IMG/VR virus record: IMGVR_UViG_3300006931_000029
Coordinates: 93,124 to 157,123 of that record
Strand: one strand, 5' to 3'
Length of the DNA stretch: 64,000 bases
Origin: a virus
The notes under the pieces were generated by a model, which worked only from the letters and a program-made list of their open reading frames with translations, was not told the origin of the DNA and did no database searches. Positions 1 through 8,887 of the stretch are shown here, in pieces (the first letter of the stretch is position 1; every line of letters begins with the position of its first letter). The translations under genes were made by a program, and so were the position numbers.

Positions 1-379
1 ACTGGGCATCAACCGTAATGTGACTGATCGGGCTGCGCAGGTCGACCTTACCATCAGCGGGGTGTTCCAGAAGTCCGAACGACGCCCGACGCGTCATCAA
101 TTGCTTGAGGACGGAACCTTCCGAGAGGTTCTTTTCCCAAACTTTCTTGGAATATCGGCGGCGATTGCCATTGATACAGTCGCAAACCGACAGAGTTCCT
201 GGAATACGCTTTGAGGTAAGTCCAGTCTCGGGGTTTTTCGACTCCACGATCGCTGCGCGATCAGGTTTGAAGTCGAACGTGTCTTCGAGGAGAATGCGCG
301 GCACCCTCTAAGCATGAAAACATATACTCTCCCACGCTCAGGTCAGACTCTACGCTTCACTGGTTATTGAACGGCAAAG

Positions 380-661
380 TCAGAGCTCTGGGGTAGTCGC
401 GTGCTGCCGAACCTTAGGTTTGACAGGCTTCGCAATGGTAACATCTGCCGACCCAAAGTTCCACACATGATCTAACATCTTCCCTACTTCGTACATATTC
501 GCACCGCGTTCGTCGAACCATTTGTTGGTGTCTTCCGACGTAAGCTCTTCAACTTGACCGTCGTCGAGTGCGAGGATGAAATAGTCCGAAAAAGGTTCGC
601 GTGTAATTTTTACGTGAAGAGGAGGAAGAGGCTCCTGAGGAACTGTTGGTTTCTCACTCAT
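380..661 (-). CDS. hypothetical small acidic protein
   Basis: 93-aa ORF from track; compact junction with next minus-strand gene (overlap at 658-661); contains acidic VEELTSED segment reminiscent of the small-protein family seen later in window. Confidence 0.4.
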   Translation of the reverse strand: MSEKPTVPQEPLPPLHVKITREPFSDYFILALDDGQVEELTSEDTNKWFDERGANMYEVGKMLDHVWNFGSADVTIAKPVKPKVRQHATTPEL

Positions 662-1392
662 TTCCCGAAGTGAAACCTCTTCAGCAGACTGGACGAACTG
701 TTACTTTGCACGTGCTCAGGCATCGGTTTTCCCTGAGCCATTAGCGCGTCTCCGCTCACGGCACCAAGTGGCGTCGAGTCCTCCTGGATAACCGATGCGA
801 CCAGATTTTTAGCTTGGCTCTCAAGGCTTTGGTTCGAACCTCCAGTTCCAGGGCGGGCAAGCTTGAGCGCGTCGAGCGCAGAAGCGGGGCCGTTGGTTGA
901 GGCCGGTTGAGAAGCAGCAGGGGCTTCCGGAGCGGGAGAAGAAACGGGCGGTTTTTCACTTTTCGGGAGAGCTGACGGTGACAGCATCCGATCCCAGTTC
1001 GGTGTGCAGTCCGGAGCGACCAGAGCGAGAGACGCAGATAGCAGGTTTGGATTCGTCTCCAAACCTCCCTCTTTCTCTCCTGAGACACCGGTTAAGCCGG
1101 TCTCGGCGGCGCCGATTTCCGTAGGAACTGGCGCTGATCCAGTCGACGCCACTTCTTCTGCGTCGTCTGGAATGATGCTGTCATCATCGCCTTCTTTGAG
1201 CTTCTTCTTGTCCCTGGGGTCTTTGGGACGCAACTGAGGTTTCGGTTTCACGTTGAGTGCAGGACCCGCGCCATCAGACGTAGGGACGGCACCGGCACCG
1301 GTGAATTCCTGGACTGGCTTCCGGTTCTTTCCCAAAAGACTGCTGGTAAGTGAACTCATGTTCTTGTGTCTGATGAATAGCGCAATTGGCAT
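658..1392 (-). CDS. hypothetical Pro/Ala/Ser-rich low-complexity protein
   Basis: 244-aa ORF; low-complexity composition; 5' end overlaps start of plus-strand GT2 gene, so true start may be internal. Confidence 0.35.
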   Translation of the reverse strand: MPIALFIRHKNMSSLTSSLLGKNRKPVQEFTGAGAVPTSDGAGPALNVKPKPQLRPKDPRDKKKLKEGDDDSIIPDDAEEVASTGSAPVPTEIGAAETGLTGVSGEKEGGLETNPNLLSASLALVAPDCTPNWDRMLSPSALPKSEKPPVSSPAPEAPAASQPASTNGPASALDALKLARPGTGGSNQSLESQAKNLVASVIQEDSTPLGAVSGDALMAQGKPMPEHVQSNSSSSLLKRFHFGK

Positions 1393-2401
1393 CCTAACAT
1401 ATCGTCGATTCGAGTCGTTGAAGCTGTTCCTGAATCAGGTGACAGAATGGTGCAAGGGCGTACCGATTGCCGTGTTTGAGGATTGCGGCCAGATGGACGA
1501 GACTGAAGAATACCTCGTGCGAGGTGCCACGTTTGTCCGTCGAGACTTCACGCTAGAAGCCGATGTCTACACAAAGGAAATCAACGGTTGCAAGGTCGAA
1601 ATTTTTCTATCCCACGAGAACGCTGGCGTGACTGGCAATTCAAACAAGGCGATCAAATGGTTCATGGACACGAAGTGCGACCATCTGTGCCTTTGCAATG
1701 ACGATCTTGAAGTGAGTGGGCCGTTCCACAGAACGTATGCGGCGGCTCACGAGAAGCTTGGGATTGGTTTGCTGTGCCACTGCGACTTCGAAGGAGAGGC
1801 ATACAAGTGGGTGGTTGTGAAAGCGCGTGGAATTCAAGTCAAACTGCTGACGAGAATGACTGGCATCATGATGTCGTTCACTCGAGCCGTTGTCGACCGG
1901 ATCGGCTACTACGATGCCTACAACTTCACGTTCGGCCAGGAGCACTGCGACTATACTAACCGGGCGCGACTCACTGGATTTATCAATCTGAACGGCGTAG
2001 CTCAGCACTGTCTAGACGTCGTGTGTCCGGAACTCAAGCACCAAGAGGTCGAATCCAGCTTGACCGATTCCGAGAAGTTGAAGTATAACGCGGACGCCGA
2101 CGTAATGATCCAAGTTGTCGGCTCGCGTCGACCGACATCTGACACGTTCGTGGGGTACAGCACGGGGCGCTGCAGCCGAGTTGCTGGGGCCAGAGACGGC
2201 GTTGGCATTCCGGCTCACCTTCTCACCGGATATTCTCGCGTCAAAGAGAACCGTCTCGATGGTTCAAATCCCATCATCTTCAGCGATGTTCCAGAGTCAT
2301 TCGCCAACGGTATGCGTGAGATCGCAGCCGGAGACACTGTCGACCTCGGCGTCGACGTCGGTCCAACAATGGACCAAGACAACGTTAAGTTTTCAGGCTA
2401 A
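1373..2401 (+). CDS. glycosyltransferase family 2-like protein
   Basis: ORF 1253..2401, but upstream part overlaps minus-strand gene; internal ATG at 1373 gives N-terminus MNSAIGILTYRRFESL (GT2-like I-x-TYNR signature) followed by NDD (DxD-like) segment. Confidence 0.5.
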   Translation: MNSAIGILTYRRFESLKLFLNQVTEWCKGVPIAVFEDCGQMDETEEYLVRGATFVRRDFTLEADVYTKEINGCKVEIFLSHENAGVTGNSNKAIKWFMDTKCDHLCLCNDDLEVSGPFHRTYAAAHEKLGIGLLCHCDFEGEAYKWVVVKARGIQVKLLTRMTGIMMSFTRAVVDRIGYYDAYNFTFGQEHCDYTNRARLTGFINLNGVAQHCLDVVCPELKHQEVESSLTDSEKLKYNADADVMIQVVGSRRPTSDTFVGYSTGRCSRVAGARDGVGIPAHLLTGYSRVKENRLDGSNPIIFSDVPESFANGMREIAAGDTVDLGVDVGPTMDQDNVKFSG

Positions 2402-3089
2402 TCGCTTCGACACCGTAAACCACGCAGCTAACGTCTTGCGTGATCGGTTTTCCGAAGATGACCTGCAGCCGTTTATCAAGAATGAACGACGGCGGAATTT
2501 GGTAAGGACGCGCGAAGATATACCACTCCTCGTGCTGAGGAGCTGGATAGTAGAAACTGATCGTTGTACCAGCCGTGATGAACTGGCTGTAGGGACGTAG
2601 ATCGACTGGATTTGGGTTCTCTACTGTAGGGGCTAAGTCAAAGATCGCGATGTCGTCGGCGAAGTTTGGCGTGGTTCCTTTTATTTCGAACGGCGCAATC
2701 TTCAGGTACGATAGCTTGACTTTCTTGAATTTCCCTTCAGGTTCGGCCACGGATCGGCCTAGTTCAAAGCCAAACAGCGCGTTTGGCTTTGTATCTCTTG
2801 GGAGACCGATAGTGATTCGAGCCTGAGCTTCCGGCATAATCACCTGCTTGCCCATCTCTTCCCAGAACATGTCGACTAGAGAATCTTCCAAAGTCTCTTC
2901 GTCAACGTTGTTGATGTCGTAGATCGTACTTTGAGAGACGTCTTTGAACTCGCCGAACAGGCTGCGGAACCGGCGGGCACGCTCCATGTGCTTGAGAGCT
3001 TTCACGCCCTCGTAGCCTTTCGACATTTCGAGCAACTTCAACGTTGCGCGCTCAGCGAAGAGGCTCCGGTCTTTCGGCAGCGTGGTCAC
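2385..3089 (-). CDS. hypothetical protein
   Basis: 234-aa ORF; start/stop coupling with neighbours; no recognisable motif. Confidence 0.4.
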   Translation of the reverse strand: MTTLPKDRSLFAERATLKLLEMSKGYEGVKALKHMERARRFRSLFGEFKDVSQSTIYDINNVDEETLEDSLVDMFWEEMGKQVIMPEAQARITIGLPRDTKPNALFGFELGRSVAEPEGKFKKVKLSYLKIAPFEIKGTTPNFADDIAIFDLAPTVENPNPVDLRPYSQFITAGTTISFYYPAPQHEEWYIFARPYQIPPSFILDKRLQVIFGKPITQDVSCVVYGVEAISLKT

Positions 3090-3769
3090 TTCGGGCGGTT
3101 TTGCCAGGATGCCCAGTGAAACGGAGCTTTCTCGTGTTCAGGCCGGTCCGAGGTGTAGTAGTAGAGAGCGAGGCTAAGCCGCTGTTCGGCTTTCAACGGA
3201 AGCGGATGGCCGTGGAACGCGTTGTCGGTGATCGTGAACACGACCATTCGATTGGCAATCGGAGCGATCTTGTGGACGCAGGACGACATGTCACGCTTCC
3301 ATAGCTCAAGATAGCCGTTCCAACTCTCTTCCCACGTCGGGTTGAGATACAGCAGCACGTTCAGTCGCCGGTGCAAGTTCAACTTCGGATGAACGTTGAA
3401 GTCGGCATGAACTTCGAGATGGCCGCCTCGAAGAGTCTTGTGGATACCGCCGCCGAGAAGAGTCGGGTCGATCAGCAATTCCTGAATGCCCGTCAAATCC
3501 TCCAGGAACTTGACCATTTCCTTGCTGTAAAAGAAAGACACCGCTTCTAGCGTGTGCGGGGGCATCTGATTCGGATCGGCTATCCAGCGCTTGTGCATCT
3601 GGTGCCCATGGTCGTCACGAAGCCACTTCGCGTCTGGAATCGCCGTGATTTCGGTAGCGATCTTACTAATCGTCTCCGGCTCAAAGACGCCATCCAACAC
3701 GATGTTGGGATACGGAGCAGCCGCAAGATACTTTTCCCTTAGTTCAAGTCCTTTGTCGATGTAGTTCAT
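3086..3769 (-). CDS. 2OG-Fe(II) oxygenase, prolyl-4-hydroxylase-like
   Basis: HLEVHAD (H-x-D), RRLNVLLYLN, distal His and RLSLALYY (R-x-S) motifs typical of P4H/PhyH-type 2-oxoglutarate dioxygenases. Confidence 0.55.
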   Translation of the reverse strand: MNYIDKGLELREKYLAAAPYPNIVLDGVFEPETISKIATEITAIPDAKWLRDDHGHQMHKRWIADPNQMPPHTLEAVSFFYSKEMVKFLEDLTGIQELLIDPTLLGGGIHKTLRGGHLEVHADFNVHPKLNLHRRLNVLLYLNPTWEESWNGYLELWKRDMSSCVHKIAPIANRMVVFTITDNAFHGHPLPLKAEQRLSLALYYYTSDRPEHEKAPFHWASWQNRPK

Positions 3770-4086
3770 GACGGCGGCGTCCTCACCCCAATTTGGTAAC
3801 TCACGGCAAGCTTAGCAGCCGCTTCCGGCATCGTGTTGATTTCAGAGCGCGCCATGATAACGTGGTAGCAGCAACGATAAACAAGAATGGCGATCCACAC
3901 AGCAAGGACTAGCAAGACGCCAAGCATCACCATGACGAGATTCTGCCACGTTGGCGTGCCGAAAGCCCACCAGAAAAACGTGGTGATAACCGTGGCGATG
4001 ATCGAACCAGAGGCGAAGAAGTCAATCGGCCGAATGAAGCCGACTTGAAACAACGCTCTGGTCTGCTCGTCCAAGAGCGGTTTCAT
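3766..4086 (-). CDS. small membrane protein
   Basis: 106-aa ORF with two long hydrophobic stretches; overlaps neighbours by 4 nt. Confidence 0.4.
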   Translation of the reverse strand: MKPLLDEQTRALFQVGFIRPIDFFASGSIIATVITTFFWWAFGTPTWQNLVMVMLGVLLVLAVWIAILVYRCCYHVIMARSEINTMPEAAAKLAVSYQIGVRTPPS

Positions 4087-5573
4087 TCCTTGGTGAATGT
4101 CTCGTCGGCGTGCTGGTCGATAACCTTGACAGCTTCCTCGGCCACCATCTCAGGCGGCAAATAGAAGGAGCGCACCTTGCGAACGAGAATCTTCTTCAGC
4201 GCCTCACTCGGCTTGCAGAAACGAAGCTCGAATGGTTCGCCCTCTTTGCCGATATAGAAGACGCATTTCGCCTTGCCGTCTTTGTGGGAGTAGTAGACGT
4301 CGGAACCAAACTTGATTTGTTTGTAGTGGTCCCGAAGGTGGACAAGAAGAGCTTCGTCACGTTCTGTCGGCGTGAATGGGCCGGATGAAGGGGCGGCGGG
4401 AGCTTTTTGCTGTTGTTCGGGAGTGGGCGGTGTGTCTGACGAGGAGGCTTTTGGCATGACAGGATCGGTTGAGGGTTGTTGATCTGTGAGAACAGGAGTC
4501 CTCACATTCCGAGAACCCAATAGCTTTGGGCTCAGGGTAATCTCGCCTAGGCCGTAGTTCATTGCCTCCGTCTGACATGCGGTCTTGAGGCCGCAGGACA
4601 TGCATGTGCGATGATTCCGCTGGAAAAGGACACCGAAGCAGGACAAGCGATCCCCTTCGATGACCGGCGGCTTGGCACCGACAACAGTCAGAAGCTTCTC
4701 GACGTCGGTTGACACCTTCTCCAGCTGGTCACGAGAACAAATCGTAAAGAGCCGGGCAACGATGACCTTGTCGGTGGAGCGTGGAACCTGAACCCCGAAG
4801 ATGTTTTCAAGCGTGGCGAGCGCCGAGTTGAAGCGCACATCCTCGGGTTTGTTGTTCATGATCTTCTCCATGTATTTCGTCTTGATTGATTGATGCACGG
4901 TAGCGAAGAGTTCCTGGTCGATACCAAGACCCTCTGCCATGTGCTGGTGGCTGAGTTTCACCGAAAGCGGCTCGTTCTTCTTTCTGCCACGCGTGGTGCC
5001 CAAGTACGAGAACATGTATGCTCCCGGGTTTGGGTCTGCGAGCTGAGCTAGGACGAGTAGTTCCAGCGGAGTGAGGAAGACTTTAAGATCGTCCAACAGC
5101 TCCTGATCAAAAGAACAAGACGTGGAATCCTCCTTGCCGGCAATCTGAAGGTGGATGTCTGGATCGTCGAGGCTGACATCCGGTTTGATATTGACGCTGG
5201 TCGGATCGTTACGATCTGGAGCCCTGTGGCCAGTCCGCTTGATCGTGAAACGATGACGTTGAACAATGCCACGAACGTGGTTGTTCATCGACGTCTTTGC
5301 GACCTTAAAAAATTCAACTCGATTTCTGGCTCTAGTGAGCCAACCTGCTTTTATTACGTCAACCACTTTCTTCAAGCATTCGGCTCGAAGATCGCTGAAG
5401 TTGAGAGCGAAACAGCTGTTGTCCGTGTACATCGTAGCCACAGAGACAGCAACTTTCAGGAGGTCTTCCATCATATCCTCCAAGCGGAGGAGGGGTTGAC
5501 CGATGGCCATAGCCAATCTTGAAGATTCGACTTCGGCCGTTCTTAGCAATAGCGTAGCATCATTGACGTCCAT
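4083..5573 (-). CDS. sigma-70 family-like transcription factor with C-terminal extension
   Basis: ORF track 4083..5678; likely ATG at 5573 (MDVNDA). EFFKVAKTSMNNHVRGIVQRH resembles sigma region 2.2-2.4 (FSTYATWWIRQ pattern); LTPLELLVLAQL...SHQHMAEGLGIDQELFATVHQSIKTK resembles region 4 HTH. Confidence 0.45.
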   Translation of the reverse strand: MDVNDATLLLRTAEVESSRLAMAIGQPLLRLEDMMEDLLKVAVSVATMYTDNSCFALNFSDLRAECLKKVVDVIKAGWLTRARNRVEFFKVAKTSMNNHVRGIVQRHRFTIKRTGHRAPDRNDPTSVNIKPDVSLDDPDIHLQIAGKEDSTSCSFDQELLDDLKVFLTPLELLVLAQLADPNPGAYMFSYLGTTRGRKKNEPLSVKLSHQHMAEGLGIDQELFATVHQSIKTKYMEKIMNNKPEDVRFNSALATLENIFGVQVPRSTDKVIVARLFTICSRDQLEKVSTDVEKLLTVVGAKPPVIEGDRLSCFGVLFQRNHRTCMSCGLKTACQTEAMNYGLGEITLSPKLLGSRNVRTPVLTDQQPSTDPVMPKASSSDTPPTPEQQQKAPAAPSSGPFTPTERDEALLVHLRDHYKQIKFGSDVYYSHKDGKAKCVFYIGKEGEPFELRFCKPSEALKKILVRKVRSFYLPPEMVAEEAVKVIDQHADETFTKE

Positions 5574-5652
5574 GTGTTCCAGAGGGGGTTGACAGAGTTG
5601 ACAGAAGCAGGAGACAGAAAAACTAGACAGAGAGGTGCGACCGAAGGAGAAC

Positions 5653-6669
5653 TTACTCGTGCTCTCCGAAGACTTCATGCTCTCCTGATCGCCGCGAGTC
5701 GACCGTGGTTCGCATTTCGTCCCAAACTTCTTGAGCGCTCTTCGTTGTGCGCCCGCGTCGCTTCGCTACTTGCTCGACAGAGGAAGGGTCCTTGTCCGAT
5801 GCTTCAAGTTCGCGATAAAGGTCGTAGCTGTCACGCAGCTTTGCGAGACTCACTGGCGTTGGGATTTTGATCCGCTGCCCACCGAGTGTCATCACAATAC
5901 GCTTGAATTGATCCCACGTGATGATGTCCAGAAGGTCTGGAATGTGGTCGTACGAGTGAGCGTGGCGGACGAGGTCCTGCTCAGTGAATGGCACGTGGAC
6001 CATCTCAAGCATTTCGTTGCGCATCGCAAACAACGACCAGTTGTAGAAAAACTTCGATAGATCGATGCTGATCCCGTAGCTGTACGACGCAGAAAGGATC
6101 GCCCTTTTCTTGTCATGGGACTCCATCAAGATTGATTCAAGAAGGAAGCGTATGGCGCCGATTTCTTGTTTTGAACCCCATCGAACAGTGATGTGGTCCA
6201 ACTTACCTCGGAACGAAACAGCCGCTTCGTGTTCAAAGGCACTATGATCCTCGACACCGTGATATTTTTCCAACGATTCTCCGGTGGAATGAATTCTAGT
6301 GCGATAAGTGCTAACCTTAACGACTTCACCTCGGAAAACGTTTTTCGCGCACTTGGAGAACCAAGAGAAAAGCTTGCCCTTCTCAGGACGCCAAGCGATG
6401 AGCCATTTGACGATCTTCTCCTGTGCGGCCAAGACGAGTGTGTCGAGGTCGACCGTTGAGTCAAAGCCTTCGTACTGAGCAAACCGCTCGAACATCGGCG
6501 TCGAGCCTTTGACGATTTCGTCCAGCAGGTCAATAGCTTTCTCGTGCTCACCTGCTTCAGTCAGACGTTTCCATTCGATTGCCATCCCCGTGAGTCGAGT
6601 CGCATTGAAAATGTGCTCGCCCTCTTTTGCGGGTTCTTCGGCTGGAAGGTCTGTCTTTTTCGCGGACAT
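5653..6669 (-). CDS. hypothetical protein, possible second sigma-like/transcription factor
   Basis: 338-aa ORF; GKLFSWFSKCAKNVFRGEVVKVSTYRTR weakly resembles sigma region 2; weak. Confidence 0.35.
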   Translation of the reverse strand: MSAKKTDLPAEEPAKEGEHIFNATRLTGMAIEWKRLTEAGEHEKAIDLLDEIVKGSTPMFERFAQYEGFDSTVDLDTLVLAAQEKIVKWLIAWRPEKGKLFSWFSKCAKNVFRGEVVKVSTYRTRIHSTGESLEKYHGVEDHSAFEHEAAVSFRGKLDHITVRWGSKQEIGAIRFLLESILMESHDKKRAILSASYSYGISIDLSKFFYNWSLFAMRNEMLEMVHVPFTEQDLVRHAHSYDHIPDLLDIITWDQFKRIVMTLGGQRIKIPTPVSLAKLRDSYDLYRELEASDKDPSSVEQVAKRRGRTTKSAQEVWDEMRTTVDSRRSGEHEVFGEHE

Positions 6670-6876
6670 TTAGCGTAGGTTAGATACTTGAGGCAAAGTG
6701 GGTTGGGCAGGGAAAAGAATACTCTTCAAGGTTCTCTGGTTTACTATCCGGAGACTGGTAGAAATTACTACGGGGGTGATAGTATTTTTGACTACCCTTC
6801 CTCAGTAGTCTTTTCTAACCGAAAAGAAACACAAAAAGGCGAACAAGATGTTTGCTCCCTATTTGCTGTGAGGAAT

Positions 6877-7488
6877 TTATGTCTCGACAGTGACCTTCTG
6901 AAGCTTCTTCACGATCGCGTCGAATGCAGGTTGATGCTTGCCAAGCTCAGGATCGATGGCGATCAACTGACCTGCCGAAAGCATCAGCGTATAAGGAACG
7001 ACCGGGGTCAACTCCACCGCGCCGTTGAGACCAAGTAAATCCTGAAGTTTGCGAATATCTTTGGAAATCTCCAGTCCGGAAACTGCCTTGGTGTCCATCT
7101 TGGCCGTCAAGTCATGGGCCAACGACAGCATGCCGTGGATGGTTTGCCGGACGACCTTGGCACCAGCTGCAGACGTGGTAACTGCCTTGGCAGGATTGTT
7201 GGTCGTGGCAGGTCCAAGGCCGAGGACTTCTCTCGCGGCCAACAAGATTTCTGACTTGCCGATTTCCAACGCGTCTTTGCCGTCCTTGTGAAGCTTCACG
7301 GCTACGTTGAAAACCTCCACGGGAAAGGTTACCACCTCACCTGAGCGTTTCTTCACGCCTACCGTCTTGGAACCCAGCTTTTCTTTGATCGCTGGCTCCT
7401 TGTCCATGTAATAAAGGACTGCGTTGATTCTGACCGGCGTCGGGACGTCTTTGTCCGTCGCTGGGTCGTAAGTTTTGGGATCGCTCAT
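6877..7488 (-). CDS. hypothetical protein
   Basis: 203-aa ORF preceded on minus strand by promoter-like motif at about 7520-7533. Confidence 0.45.
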   Translation of the reverse strand: MSDPKTYDPATDKDVPTPVRINAVLYYMDKEPAIKEKLGSKTVGVKKRSGEVVTFPVEVFNVAVKLHKDGKDALEIGKSEILLAAREVLGLGPATTNNPAKAVTTSAAGAKVVRQTIHGMLSLAHDLTAKMDTKAVSGLEISKDIRKLQDLLGLNGAVELTPVVPYTLMLSAGQLIAIDPELGKHQPAFDAIVKKLQKVTVET

Positions 7489-7517
7489 CGGACGTGGTGA
7501 TTTTAGGTTACGGATTG

Positions 7518-7534
7518 GAAATTGTAAACATTAA
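7518..7534 (-). promoter_or_regulatory. TGTTTACAATTTCC promoter-like motif (minus orientation)
   Basis: 34 nt upstream of minus start 7488. Confidence 0.45.
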
Positions 7535-7543
7535 ACGGTTTCG

Positions 7544-8887
7544 TTACTCGTCGTCGAGATCGATGTCGGCATCGTCATCTTTCACGTCTTCGTCTCCTAC
7601 GACGTTGTCGCTGAACATGATTTCTCGGGCCTTCAGCCAAAGCAAGTCGAGATCAGCTTGATGGTCTTTGTAGAAGTTAACCCATTCTTTCTTCGAAGGA
7701 AGTTCAGGATCGTTCGTTGCTTTGCCCCGATCGTCGTCTTCTTCCAAGCTGCGCCCAGCCGATTTCTTAGACGATGCTGGTTGAAACGTGCTGGTGGTGA
7801 TGCCGAATTTGGCGAACTGCATCGTGAACCGCTTGGTCGACGGCGAGTATTTGGCGATGCCCAAGAAAATCATTGTCTCGAGCCGAGAGTAGAGATTGTT
7901 GAACCCACCCTCGAACAGGATAACGAGCCGACCCTCGCGAAGCGGCTTGATTTGCCGATTCTTCTGCGTGCGAAAGCCAATGAGATACCCTTGGGAGAAC
8001 CTGGCGCCGCTCAGGCGATAGTTCTCGTTGAGCCTGAACATAAACACCCGCAGAGACGAATAGAACCGCAGAGCTTTGCCACCGAAGGTAGAATAGTCGT
8101 CGTTTTGCGGAGTGCTGTAGTGAACCTTCCGCTGGCCGGGAGCCGTCTGCTTGAACGCGTCACGGACCTGGTTAGTGCAAACCATCAGCACGTTGTGCCG
8201 GTTGATTTCACGCTGCATACGACGGAACCCTTCAGACAGCATCTTCGGTTGGCGCTGGAAGTCTTCCTTGTTCCACTCCTTGGTCATCTCCTGCTTTGAA
8301 GACGTGCCGGCGATAGTGTCGACCACCAGAACCACGAAGTACAGAATGGGCTCGCGTTTCTCGTCCTTTGCGGCCTTGTTTTCCTCCAACTGTTTTTCCT
8401 TGATCTTCTCGATGACAATGTCCGACATCTTGAAAATCTGGTCGACGGTATCGCAACGAGCAATGATGCAATCAAGCGTCACTCCTTCGATGATGATCTT
8501 TTCATCTTCGTCTACCGATTGCTCGTTGTCAATGAAGACTGTGGTCACGGCAATCTTGGCCGGATCAATTTTCGTCAGCGACATCACGCCGCCGACCACT
8601 GACCGTCGGTAGATTTCTCCGATTTGTGCCTTGATCAGAGAGCGGATGCAGAGAGCGCTTTTGCCGCACGCCTCAAGCCCGTAAAGCTCAACGATTCGTC
8701 CGAAAGGAAGACCGCCGCACGCCTCATCCATCGGATCAAGCCCAGTTTTGAGGACGTACTCAACCTTGGACAGGATGTCCTCAGTCGAAAGGGCAACGTC
8801 AAACGTACCCTCTTCGTTTGAATCCTTCGGGCGTTGGCGCTTTAGTTGGCGCGCGACGATCTGATTAAGGTTGGGAATTTCGCTCAT
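7544..8887 (-). CDS. RecA/UvsX/Sak4-like recombinase ATPase
   Basis: GGLPFGRIVELYGLEACGKSAL (RecA Walker A context GRIVEIYGPESSGKT), FIDNEQSVD, and VVLVVDTIAG (RecA VVDSVAAL Walker B-like). Confidence 0.6.
   Translation of the reverse strand: MSEIPNLNQIVARQLKRQRPKDSNEEGTFDVALSTEDILSKVEYVLKTGLDPMDEACGGLPFGRIVELYGLEACGKSALCIRSLIKAQIGEIYRRSVVGGVMSLTKIDPAKIAVTTVFIDNEQSVDEDEKIIIEGVTLDCIIARCDTVDQIFKMSDIVIEKIKEKQLEENKAAKDEKREPILYFVVLVVDTIAGTSSKQEMTKEWNKEDFQRQPKMLSEGFRRMQREINRHNVLMVCTNQVRDAFKQTAPGQRKVHYSTPQNDDYSTFGGKALRFYSSLRVFMFRLNENYRLSGARFSQGYLIGFRTQKNRQIKPLREGRLVILFEGGFNNLYSRLETMIFLGIAKYSPSTKRFTMQFAKFGITTSTFQPASSKKSAGRSLEEDDDRGKATNDPELPSKKEWVNFYKDHQADLDLLWLKAREIMFSDNVVGDEDVKDDDADIDLDDE

Noticed and set aside
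1253-1372. N-terminal 40 codons of ORF 1253..2401
   Set aside because: Overlaps the minus-strand gene 658..1392; internal ATG at 1373 begins exactly at the GT2 signature, so the extension is probably not translated.
5585-5605. Tandem TTGACAGAG-TTGACAGAAG on plus strand as sigma-70 -35 boxes
   Set aside because: No acceptable -10 hexamer at 16-18 nt spacing, and orientation is antisense to the flanking minus-strand genes; retained only as a possible operator direct repeat (minus-strand CTGTCAAC x2) upstream of the sigma-like gene.
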